Assembly: GCA_973895155.1 (NCBI GenBank)
Contig: OZ316897.1
Span: 2,495,416-2,559,415, forward strand
DNA: 64,000 bases
Direction: 5' to 3'
Origin: Marsupella aquatica
Taxonomy: Eukaryota; Plantae; Marchantiophyta
Position numbers and translations under genes: made by a program. A model generated the notes under the pieces. The model made no database searches and was not told where the DNA came from. It saw only the letters and a program-made list of their open reading frames with translations. Positions 43,621 to 54,938 of this stretch are shown piece after piece (positions within the stretch are counted from its first letter, which is position 1; the number at the start of each line of letters is the position of its first letter).

Positions 43621-46600
43621 ATGAGTGATTCGGAGGAGTTTTTCGAAGACGTGGAACTTGAAGCACGAGGATCACCACGGAGGTTTCAGGGGCAGAGAGA
43701 GGAGCAGGAGGAAGAGCACGTGACACCGATACCATCACCGGTGCGGCGTGTGGTGGAGGAAGCAGTACTACTACCGGAGCTCACGGTAAAGAAGAAGATG
43801 GGGACTTTCAAGCTTGGGGGACCCAAGTATGAAGTGACAAAGTATGATGGGCGCTCTGACTACTTGCTATGGGAGAAGCAGGTGAAGGGAGTGCTTTATG
43901 CGTCAGGGATGGGCCAACTGCTGAGCCCTCGTGAAGACGATGTTGATGAGAAACAATGGGACCGCATGCAGGAGCAGGGAGTGTGGTGTGTTACACTCTA
44001 TCTCATGCCTCCCATCATCAAGCAGTTAGGTGCACATAAGGATTGCATGTCCTTGTTTGCGGAATTGCAGAGCAAGTATCACCGCAAGGAGTTGTCGAAC
44101 CGGCTCTACACTTCCTACAAACTGATGAGTTTCAGGATGAAGGAATCTGGTATGAAGTTGCAAGACCATGTGGATGCTTTCAACGACATGGTCGTTGACT
44201 TGGAAAACCTTGGGGAGACTTTGAATGATGAGACGAAGGCTCTGCAGCTTCTTAGTTCATTGCCTCCATCTTACCAGTCCCTATCACGAGTGTTGTTGCA
44301 TCGTGATAGGGATACCATTTCATACAATGACGTGGTAAGTTCTTTGCTTAGTGATGATCTTCAGCAGAAGATGCACATCACGTCACAGCCTTCATCATCT
44401 GGTGCTGCCCTCAATGTTAACCGTGGGAGGAGTATGCAGCGACCAACTGGGGACCGTAGAACCCAGTTTAGATCTAAATCCAGATCTAAGTCCAAGGGTA
44501 AATCCCCTCAGAGGAGGCAGGTGACATGTTGGAAGTGCAACCAAGTTGGACACTTCAAGCGAGACTGTAAGGGAAAGGCAGCGGAAACTTCATCGGCAAA
44601 TGTGGCTAGGGCTGATGGAGAAGCTGATTTACTCAATGATGAGTATGTTTTATGAAGCCGGGGGTATGCCCTGTGCACGTCATCTAGGAGAGCAGATGAT
44701 GTGTGGATTCTTGATTGTGCTTGCTCTTTTCATATTTGTTACATTCGTGAGTTTTTCAGTTCTTACTCTGTTTCAAACGGTTCAGTTCTGATGGGAAATG
44801 ATCACTCCTGTCAAATTGAGGGAATTGGGTCTGTGAAGATTCAAATGTTTGATGGCGCTGTGCGCACAGTGTCCGGAGTCAGGTATGTACCTGGCATGCG
44901 TAAGAATCTGATTTCACTCGGTGTGTTGGATTCAAATGGTCATCAATGGAGCGTTATTGATGGTGAACTTCAAGTCAGGTCGGGAGAGACAGTGATTTTG
45001 AAGGGGAGTAGACAAAAGAATTTGTATGTGTTATAGGGCAATACTGTATGTGGAGAGGCCAATGTAACCAAGTCTCACGAGGAGATGACTCAACTGTGGC
45101 ATTCACGGCTAGGCCACATGAGTGAGAAGGGTTTGGCTATCTTACGGAAGAATGGACTCATTTCTGATTTGCAATCTTGTAAATTAGAGTTTTGTGAGCA
45201 TTGCATTCTTGGAAAGCAGCATCGTCGTGCTTTTGGTGTTGGAACTCATCGTTCCAAAGCGGTTCTTGAGTACATACATAGTGACGTGTGGGGTCCATCC
45301 CCGACTCCCTCACACTCTGGAAAGTTGTACTATGTATCATTTATTGATGATTACTCAAGATTTGTGTGGATTTATTTCATGACGCATAAGTCTGATGTCT
45401 TGTCCATTTTTAAGAAGTGGAAGGCCCAGGTGGAGAATCAGACTGGAAACACGATCAAGTGTTTGGATACAAGGGTGAAGAGTCTGAGGTCAGACAACGG
45501 CGGGGAGTACACTTCAATGGAATTTGAAGAGTACTGTTCAGAACAGGGGATAACTCGCCATCTCACCACAGTTTATACTCCGCAGCAGAATGGTGTCGCT
45601 GAGAGGCTCAATCGGACACTGTTGGAGCGGTCACGGAGTATGTTGAGCCAATCAGGTTTACCACAAGAATTTTGGGCAGAAGCTGTCAATACCGTAGCTT
45701 ATTTGGTAAATCTTTCTCCTTCTAGTGCTATCAATTTCAAAACGCCATTTGAGATGCGCTATAAGCGGCAAGCAGACTATCATGGCTTGGTAATTTTTGG
45801 AAGTGATGCATATGCTCTCACACCAAAGCAAAATAGGACCAAGTTGGATCCTACCTCCAGGAAATGTGTTTTTCTTGGGTACCAGAGTGGTGTGAAAGCC
45901 TATAGGCTATGGGATCCTATTGCCTGTAAGCTCGTTGTCAGTAGGGATGTTTCCTTCAATGAATCCAGATTATTGAAGGAGGGGGAGAATACTCAGGTCT
46001 CCCGTACTGACAAAGGAAAATCTCCTATCCCGGATCTCGTTGAGGGGAAGATTGGTTATGAGGTGCATGACCGGAGAGAAGGAGTTGCTCCAATTATGGA
46101 GCTGGTTCCTATGCCAGAGGAACCAGAGGAGTTTGTTGATGCTGGTGAGCAACAAGTGGATGCTGTTGAGCTTCAAATTGTACCAGCACACGCAGATCAA
46201 CCAGAGTCATCGGCTAGAAGAACATCTGGTCGCACTGTACGCGCTCCATCAAGGTATGGACAGTGGGTTGATTCATCTCAACTGCAAGAGGATGATTTTA
46301 CAGCTGATGATGAGGGTGATGCGTTAATTTTGGAAGAAGGAGAACCTTCTTCATTTCATGAGGCAAGTGCTTCAAAAGAGAAGCAGAAGTGGACTGCAGC
46401 AATGCAAACGGAGATGCAGTCACTAAAGGACAACAAAACTTGGGAGCTTGTTAAGCTGCCTAAGGGTCAGCAAGTGGTGGACAGCAAGTGGATTTACAAG
46501 CTGAAGGATAATTCCATAGGAGGTGGATCGAAGGTCTACAAGGCTAGATTGGTAGCAAAGGGATTCACACAAGAGAAAGGTGTGGATTACAATGAGGTCT

Positions 46601-47916
46601 TCTCACCAGTTGCTAAGTACTCTACAATACGACTATTGTGTGTACTTGTTGTAATGTTTGGTCTGCTCCTAGATCAGATGGATGTTGTCACAGCTTTCCT
46701 CTATGGCACATTGGAAGAGGTGATCTTCATGAGACAACCGCTAGGTTTTGTGAAGAGAGGACAGGAGGAATTGGTTTGCAGATTGCTGAAATCCTTGTAT
46801 GGGTTGAAGCAGTCACCAAGACAGTGGAACAAGCGGTTTGACGATTGGATTCGGTCACAAGGTTTTCACAGAAGTGTATTTGACCCTTGTGTGTATTTGA
46901 AACCGGTGAAGAATGTTGTCTTTGGGTTCATTATTTTAGTACTTTATGTGGATGACATGCTAATTGCAGCCAAGGATAGGTCTGAGATTGTTAAGCTCAA
47001 GGCACTGCTTAGTGCAGAGTTTAAGATGAAGGACTTAGGGCCAGCTAAGAGGATTTTGGGTATGGAGATCACTAGGGACTTGGAGGCTGGCAAGCTATGG
47101 TTGACGCAGAGCAGTTATGCGAGGAAGGTAATTGCAAGGTTCAACATGGAGAATAGCAAGCCAGTAAGTACCCCGTTGGCTCCACACTTCAAGTTATCAT
47201 CAGCGTTCTGTCCTACGGATGACACAGAGAAGGGGTTGATGTCAAAGGTTCCATATGACAAGGCAGTGGGGAGTCTCATGTATTTGATGACTTGCACTAG
47301 ACCTGATCTTGCCATGGCTATGGGCAAGGTGAGCAGGTACATGTCGAATCCAGGGAAGGTACACTGGGAAGCAGTGAAGTGGATTATCAGGTACTTGAAG
47401 GGTACCGTGGATCATGGTCTTTTATTTGATGCGAATGCAAAGAATGCTAGATCATTGATTGGCTATGTAGATTCTGACTATGGACAAGATTTGGACCGAA
47501 GGAGATCAACAACAGGATACGTGTTCACACTTGGCGGTGGATGCATAAGTTGGAGGTCTACTTTGCAGAAGTGTATTGCTCAGTCTACTACAGAAGCGGA
47601 GTATGTTGCAGCTGCGGAAGCGATTTGGTTGGATAGACTTATCACTGAAATGGGATTGCCACAGGGGAATGTGAAGCTCCATTGTGATAGTCAAAGTGCG
47701 CTCCACCTTGCTGTGAACCAGGTGATGGACAGCAGAGTGAAGCACATTGACGTCAGGTACCATTTTATCAGGCAGGCTGTGTCTGATAATTTGTTTGAGC
47801 TAGTCAAGATTGATGGTAAACTCAACCCGGCTGACGCATTTACCAAAGTGATTCCTTTGGAGAGTTTCTCTAGACACCGTGACGTATTGCAGGTTTTGCA
47901 ATTGCATCACAAGTAG
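43621..47916 (+). pseudogene. copia gag-pol, single frame broken by two in-frame stops (44653-44655 TGA, 45034-45036 TAG)
   Basis: Contains the CCHC knuckle CWKCNQVGHFKRDC, protease WILDCACSFH, integrase HHCC with SDNGGEY, RT LYVDD and RNase H GYVDSD. Confidence 0.92.
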
Positions 47917-48588
47917 AGTTTTCTTAAACATTCATTGTAATTACTGATATATGCTCTTCCTCATTCCTATGTATTAGGCTACGGCTTAGTTCTGGTTTGC
48001 TCTAGTTAGAGAGGGAAACCGGTTTGGTTTCTGTCCAGAACTTCCCGCTGAGGGATCATATACATTGGCAGTATTACTCTCCCCTAGACCAGAGTCAAGG
48101 GGAAGATTGTTGGGTATTTACTCTTACGTCTAGGTTAGGTATGACGTGGTTGGTACAACAACGTGGGTTGGTACAACTACGTGGTTAGGTACAACTACGT
48201 GATTAGGTACAACTATGTGGTTAGGTACAACTACGTAATTAGGTACAACTATGTGGTTAGGTACAACTAAGTTGCACACTATATCATAAGAGGCATGTGT
48301 GCTTGGAGAGGTAGAACCAAGGCTCATTGTTATGGAGCCACTTGAGAGATAGGGAGAGCTTACACTGTGGAGACTCGGTATAGCCGACGGGCTTAGAGTT
48401 CAGTAAAGCTCTCTTGTGTGTTCCCGTGGACGTAGCCTCAAGGAGGTGAACCACGTATCTCTTGTGTCGACTATTGTGCGTTGGATGGTTCATGGGCTTG
48501 CCGTTGCGATCGTCGTCTATGCTCAACACTTGCATGTGGTGGCCTTGAGAAAATTGGCCCGTTAAGTGTTCAGGTGGCATCTTTGCAC

Positions 48589-49075
48589 TGTTAGGATTTA
48601 CTCTTAGGTCTAGAGTCATGACTGTACCGTAGTTAAGGCTAACCTTAGTCACAGACTTGGTTAGTTTAGTCATGTTGTGCACACTCCAATCTCCCCCTTG
48701 ACTCTGGTCTAGGGGAGGGTAAAGATTGCTACCAATATGATTGCTCAGCGGGTAGTTCTGGAAATAAAAACCAAACTGGTTTTTCCCTCTTTATACGAGA
48801 GTAGACCAGAACTAAGCCGTAGCCACTCTATAACCAAGCGGTGTTTGCTTGGAGAGTGGGAACTCAGGCTCATTGTTACGGAGCTAGTTGAGATATAGAG
48901 AGAGCTTGCGCTGTGGATGCTTGGTATGGCCGGTCGGCCTAGAGTGCAGTAAAGCTCATGTGTGTTCCCGTGGACGTAGCCTCATGTGGAGGTGAACCAC
49001 GTATCTCTCTGTGTCGACTATTGTGCATTGGATGGTTCATGGGCTTGCCGTTGCGATCGTCGTCTATGCTCAACA
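48589..49075 (+). mobile_element. solo LTR of a related copia family with an internal inverted insert
   Basis: Starts TGTTAGGATTTACTCTTAGGTCTAG, like the main LTR start, and ends GTCTATGCTCAACA. TSD TGCAC is at 48584-48588 and 49076-49080. Confidence 0.88.
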
Positions 49076-50679
49076 TGCACTGCGTGAGTCTTTGCTGCCT
49101 CACCAACCTCATCAGCCAGTCCTCATGGCAATAGTTTTCAAGGGCAAGGGTTGCAAGTTTGCTGCCCTTCCCAACCTAACCTTTGAATCTCAAATAAAGC
49201 AAAACAATATTTACACATGTTATCTTGCCTGTGCTGATGTGTGCAGATTTGAGGCAACACTTTTTATCTACATTTGTGATCCAAGGGCGTTTTTTTGAGG
49301 ACCTTCCACATGCAAGACAACCCTCAGAGTATCCTTGCATTTTGGGTAGGGCATGAGGAGTCTCATACCGCAAACCCTCCCTGTGCATAAGCTCTGGTAG
49401 TCAAGCTAGTGGATTGATAACTAGACTCAATTGTGGTGTTCATATTCAAGCTAGACAGTGGAGTGATGAACTAGACTCAACTATCTATCTTGTAGTACCC
49501 ATAATTTTTGTATGGAATGCAGGTTACCTATGTGTAACCTTTTCTGGACTTACCTGCCATTCCCATAATCTAGTGCCAAGAACTAACTTTTCAGATAGAT
49601 TATGTATTGTACGTATTGGAGATCTGGGCAGGGGTTCTAGCCTGAACTTTGCTCCTGGATATAGCATGCTCATCCTGGAACATGCTTTATTTTTTGTCTT
49701 GTAGTGATCTAAAAGTAAATAAAATATGAGAGCATAGAAGTGTTGTTATATAAGTAAAGTGTCTGCCAAGAAAAGCACAATGAGCAAGAAAAGGTACAGT
49801 CAAACGATGCTACGATGTGTGCACTTAACTCAGGGTGCCTTATGAATGACACTCCTTTCAATAAAAACCATAAACCTAGGAAATAAAAACATGAGGAGAA
49901 CTTAAGAGGCTATGCATTCATGTTCTTCAACATCATTTCTCTCACTCGTGGTGGTGGTGGTGGAGCCTTTGATTTCATCTCTAAGAAAACACATATCGTG
50001 GTGGTGGTGGACCATTATAGCAGCTTCAGTTTGGGCTGGATCTGGGGCCCTCTATAGTCACATTTGATGATGCTCGCTTTTGACTCAGATCGATAGAAGC
50101 TCTATGCTGCTCGATGTTGTGGTCTCTTCGATGTTGTGTAAACTTCGCTACTGATCAGATCAGATAGTAGCCAAAGCAGCAAAAGCCTCGATGCTGCTCG
50201 ATGGAGTGTTTGCTCATTCATTGATGTTGATTTGGATCTGGCTGATTTGGGTTGATTGATGGGGGCTGCGGCAACAACAAAAGGCTGGACTCATTTACTG
50301 CTTGACCCAATCTGACTGTTGCTCCGCTCTTGTACACAAGCTGGAGACAGTTTCCATGTATCTTGGAGATATGAAAATATACAATACTGTTCACTTAGCA
50401 TTTCACTTAGGTGGTCTCCAGATTAAAGGTTTAGTTGAGTGACAACACAAACCTCAGCCTTTAATCTGGAGGGGAGACAAAACGTGATTCCTGCTACTTA
50501 AGGGGACTCCATTGTATCAGTCCATTTAGTTCTTCAGTCTTTGAGAAGCATTATCTTTGCCTTGCCTTTGCTCTCTCAGCTTTTGATCTTCTCTTGATCT
50601 TGTTCTCGCTCCGGTGTGTAATAGTGTTTGGTCGAGGTCGCTTCAATCCCTTGTCAGATACTTGGGTCAGTGGAGGTGG

Positions 50680-51160
50680 TCTCTAACATTGTGTTGCGTT
50701 TTATAAGTCTTGGTTCTCGGTCATTGAGTCTTGTTCTCTGTCTCACTACCAGTCCTCAGGTGTCTCTAACACTCAGTCCATATTATCTACTAACAGTGTT
50801 TGGGTTCTCTGTTTCACTAACAGTCCTGAGGTGTCTCTAACAGTCAGAGTCGAGATTCTCTACTAACATTGATTTTGTCAAGGATATTTTCTAAGAGTCG
50901 CGAGTGGATGAAGAGGTGTTTCTAATGTGAGTCAGTCAGGATTATGTACTAACATTGAATACATCAAGGTCATTTACTAATATTGAGTCTGTCAAGGTTA
51001 CTAACAGGTTTGAGTTTATCAAGATTACTAACAATTTGAGTCCATCCAGGATACTTACTAATCGGGTTACTAACACTCTGAGTCTGTCAAGAGTACTAAC
51101 AATCCGAGTCTGTCAAGAGTACTAACATCCTATGAGTATTATTCACCCTAACATCAGCTA
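50680..51160 (+). repeat. degenerate ~25-35 bp tandem array (ACTAACA...GAGTC)
   Basis: Recurrent (T/A)CTAACA followed by GAGTCTGTCAAG-like motifs upstream of the HUH ORF. Confidence 0.75.
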
Positions 51161-53049
51161 ACTTGTGTTTGCCTTGTGTCCCTTGTGTTTGCTCTCTTTT
51201 TTGTGCCTTGTGTTGCTAGCGAGGTTGCTAGGAAGAGGAATGTCCAGCGAATCACAACTAGGAGCAGACATCACTATCATTCCTTACACACCTGAAGATT
51301 TAGTCCAAGTGATCCTTGAAAACATAGAGAAAGAGTCATCACATTGTGTTAGGGATATTGAATTTTGTTTTTTGGTGTGCAGGTTAGGTGAAGAGAAGTT
51401 GCTTGTTGGACCATTTCGGATTTTGCAGGCAACTGAGAATACAGGGGAGGACGAAATAGTGGTAGAGTCAAAAGAAAAAACTTTTTTTATAGTGAAAACA
51501 ATTGACACTTATCCAACTTATCTTTTTGAACTGAATTCTTGTATTTGTAATACAGATTCACAGAAGCAGTTTCGAGAGTCTAGAAAACTCTGTGCAAAGT
51601 TAACATGGCTTCTTTAAAGCGAAAAGCAAGACTTACTGTGTAGGATAAGGAGGAAGCTTCTCTGGTTGACAGTGTTTTTGAATTGAGTATCACTGTGGGA
51701 TACCTGGGTTCTGATGTTCATAAAGATGAAATTCACAAGCTCCATAGTCTCATGCTTGATCATTGTGTGGCAGGTGTGATTGGGCTTGAGAGGGGAGAAT
51801 TGGAGAATCATCTCCATTTTCAGATGGTTGTTAGAGCCAGAACAAAATCCGCCAGGTCTTTTGGTTTTCTTGTGAGAAAGTATATGGGTTGGCATGGGGT
51901 GAAGAATATGAATCCTGTTGGTAAAGTTATGTGTAAATGTTTGACTAATAGACAATTACATACTTGGAAATGAATGATTGGTTATTGTTTGAAAGATTTA
52001 GGAGCTACCCATTTTGAGCAAGCATTGTTTAACATTATTGATCAAGAAGTGATTGCAGGAAAACAGTTACATTCTATTTTTGGCAGAGTAGATCTGAAGT
52101 CGAGAGTAACTCTCACAAACAAGAATGTAGTTGACAGAATGTATGTGTGGCACAAATATAGGTCATAGAGACCTTTGCATGCAACATTCATTTCAACATT
52201 AACAAAGATGGTGAAATCTGGGATCTTCATGCCTGCTGCAAGCTGGATTATTCCTTTAAATGGGCAAGGAATGGATAGGAAGAGAATGACTTGTCTTTGG
52301 AAATGTATTATTGATCCTATCAATGTATGCAGAGTTAATGTTGAAGAAGTTTTTCTTAGAAAAGCTTGGAGTGGTGGTTGTGGCAGATATTATTCTGAGT
52401 CAGCTGATGATGATGTACCTGAACTGAGCAGAGTGATTGAGGGATCTCCAACAAAGAGTTCTCTCAAGAAGTCCAAGGTGGAACCAAAATCTGTTCGTTT
52501 TGATGATATGTTTGCAGAAATCAAGGTCCCTGAGAAGGGAGTGACATTTGGTGATTCTTTGGGCAAATTTGTATCATTGGCAAACAGGCAGCCATTTCCT
52601 AACTGTAATTATTTCGAGACTATTGATGCATTGGCTGCAGAGCATTCTTCGGGGTCTAAGAAAGAAAAGGAGAAGATGACAAATACATACATAATTGTGT
52701 TATCTGATGATGAAGAGATAGAACCTGCACAAGTGTATATTGATGCAGGAAAAAAGAGCAAATTTAAAGGCCGCACAACACTCTTAAGAAAGAGCCTTTT
52801 CAAGGTCAAGACTGAGCCAGGATCCCCTCTAAGTGGATGCAATGGAGATGGCTAAAACTGAGTGTCAAGTAAGTAATACAGGACGTATTTATCATCTTTT
52901 ACTTAATGTTTATGATAGGGTAAGTTTATAGATGAGAGTGAGAGAATAAATAAACATATTCAATGTACAATTTTTTCTGTGTGGGAAGTGAATGGGAAGG
53001 AAAGAAGAGACGGGGGGGAGGCGGGTTACTCTGCCTGGAGGACTGTATA

Positions 53050-53474
53050 TACATACAGTGTGGGGTTCAATTCCCCACCAGAGTCCTTGGATTCATGAAA
53101 CTATGAAGCATTTTGTGGATAATTTTGTGGATTCATAATGTGCATAGATTTTTAAAGGAAAATCATTATTTTGCACTTGCTGTCTTCACATTTACATACA
53201 ATGTGGGGTTCAATTCCCCACCAGAGTCCTTGGATTTATGAAACTATGAAGCATTTTGTGGATAACTTTGTGGATTCATAATGTGCATAGATTTTTAAAG
53301 GAAAATCATTATTTTGCACTTGCTGTCTTCACATTTACATACAATGTGGGGTTCAATTCCCCACCAGAGTCCTTGGATTTATGAAACTATGAAGCATTTT
53401 GTGGATAACTTTGTGGATTCATAATGTGCACAGATTTTTAAAGGAAAATCATTATTTTGCAGTTGCTGTCTTCA
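53050..53474 (+). repeat. 143-bp tandem repeat, 3 copies, each with a GTGGGG-TTCAATT-CCCCAC hairpin
   Basis: Near-identical units start at 53050, 53193 and 53336. Confidence 0.93.
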
Positions 53475-54938
53475 AATTTTTTCCGACATTGGTTTTTGTG
53501 GGTGGATTCATAAGTGTTTTATTGTGTACACATTTGACATGTGACACTATTGAGAAGTTTTGTGCAGCAAATAGTCATTACTTTGGAATTGATGTCTGCA
53601 AAATTTTTTCAGACATTGCTTATTCTGGGGTAAAATGCAAACTTAAATGTTTTTTAGAGGAGAAAATAAATTAAGATGACCAAGAATTATTTTTTTGACT
53701 AGAGGGGTCCAAAAATACTCCAGAAGACATTATTATGAGAAATGCCTTACTGTAAAAGCTAATCAACAATTTAATTTTGCCAGAAACAAATAGGAATAAA
53801 AAATGCAAACGTGCATTCACCATATAGCATTCACATGGGTGGATAATCTTCTATGGTGCAGCCGGTTTCCTCACTTTTTAGTCATAGGCTAGTAACCCAA
53901 CGGCTGTTATCCTATAGGATGTCCATGACTGGCACTGGTATTCAAAGTAGTGGTTTTACTAAGTATAGTAGACTGTAGGGCCCAAGTTCAAGAGCCGAAA
54001 ATCAAAATTAAGAGGTGTTTGATGAGACCCCAAAAATCAAAAGTGTTACTAGATAGGACCCCGGAGTGATCCAGGCCCTTCATGGACCTTAAATCAACAC
54101 TACTTATAAAGTGTCAACTACAAGCTAGAGTTGGAACCTAGGCTTCTAGAGTGAACCCTCTAGACCGTAACTCTATGGCTCATCATACATGATAAGAAAA
54201 CTCATGACTATGATGTATGTCAAATGATAATCATGCATGCTTTTTGTCTTGATTTCTATTTGCATTTAAAAACTGTGTTCTATGCCCCCACCATAACATA
54301 TGTGCATAGAAAGAGAGATGTGCATAGGAAAGAGTATTGTACGTTATGTATGATTATTAATATGATGACATGCATGATAATTTTTTTTTTCATTCAAAGA
54401 ATGTGAGTCAGGTGTATATTTTAGTGATAATTTTAGTATCCTTCCCTCTATTCACTTTCAAAGAGGGTAGTAGGGGCTAGTCTACCCAAAACTTAGGGGG
54501 TTCTATCAAGTACCATTCCATCAAGTAACACTTTTTATTCTGGGTCCCATCAAGCAAATACCTCCCAACATTAAAGGGAAGTTTGTGAAGAAAGAAAGGT
54601 TGTGAAGAAAGCCATTCACGTAGTGACAGTTGCCAGTGGGTTTTCATTGGAGCACCAGGAACTTCATAATTATGCCGCAGGACTTGGGGCCCATTCGGAA
54701 TTGTATGGTGGAGTGAGTTGACGATAAGTGGAGGAAGGAGATCTTGTTAGGCTGCACGAGAGGAAATCTGCGGAATGTGCTTGCTGGGGCTGAGGTTCAG
54801 TGTACACTGGTAGCAAGAGAATCAGCCAAGGGACGAGGCTTTGCATTTGGCCAACTACAGCATTCGGAGCAGAGCAGGGCAGGGGTTGCGACATTATCAT
54901 CATTTGGCCCGCAGCTGCTGTTGCTGTTGTTGCTGGAG

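Larger units (their letters stand above)
42494..48528 (+). mobile_element. full-length Ty1/copia LTR retrotransposon (Tnt1/Tork-like), recent insertion
   Basis: 421-bp LTRs at 42494-42914 and 48108-48528 (TG...CA, identical by eye). TSD is CTTGC at 42489-42493 and 48529-48533. PBS TGGTATCAGAGC (tRNA-iMet) is at 42917-42928 and the PPT lies before 48108. Domain order is gag-PR-IN-RT-RH. Confidence 0.97.
50400..53480 (+). mobile_element. decayed Replitron-like HUH (Rep Y1) endonuclease transposon; boundaries approximate
   Basis: The frame at 51683-52855 carries FELSITVG (motif I), ERGELENHLHFQ (HUH-type motif II, 51809-51823) and HTWK*MIGYCLKD (catalytic Tyr/Lys), with no helicase domain. Stops occur at 51971 and 52166. 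There is a 5' inverted repeat, an internal CTAACA repeat array and a 3' tandem repeat. Confidence 0.8.

Noticed and set aside
53028-53084. Functional tRNA gene
   Set aside because: There is no D-arm or A-box and no 7-nt anticodon loop; it is reported only as a tRNA-like fold.
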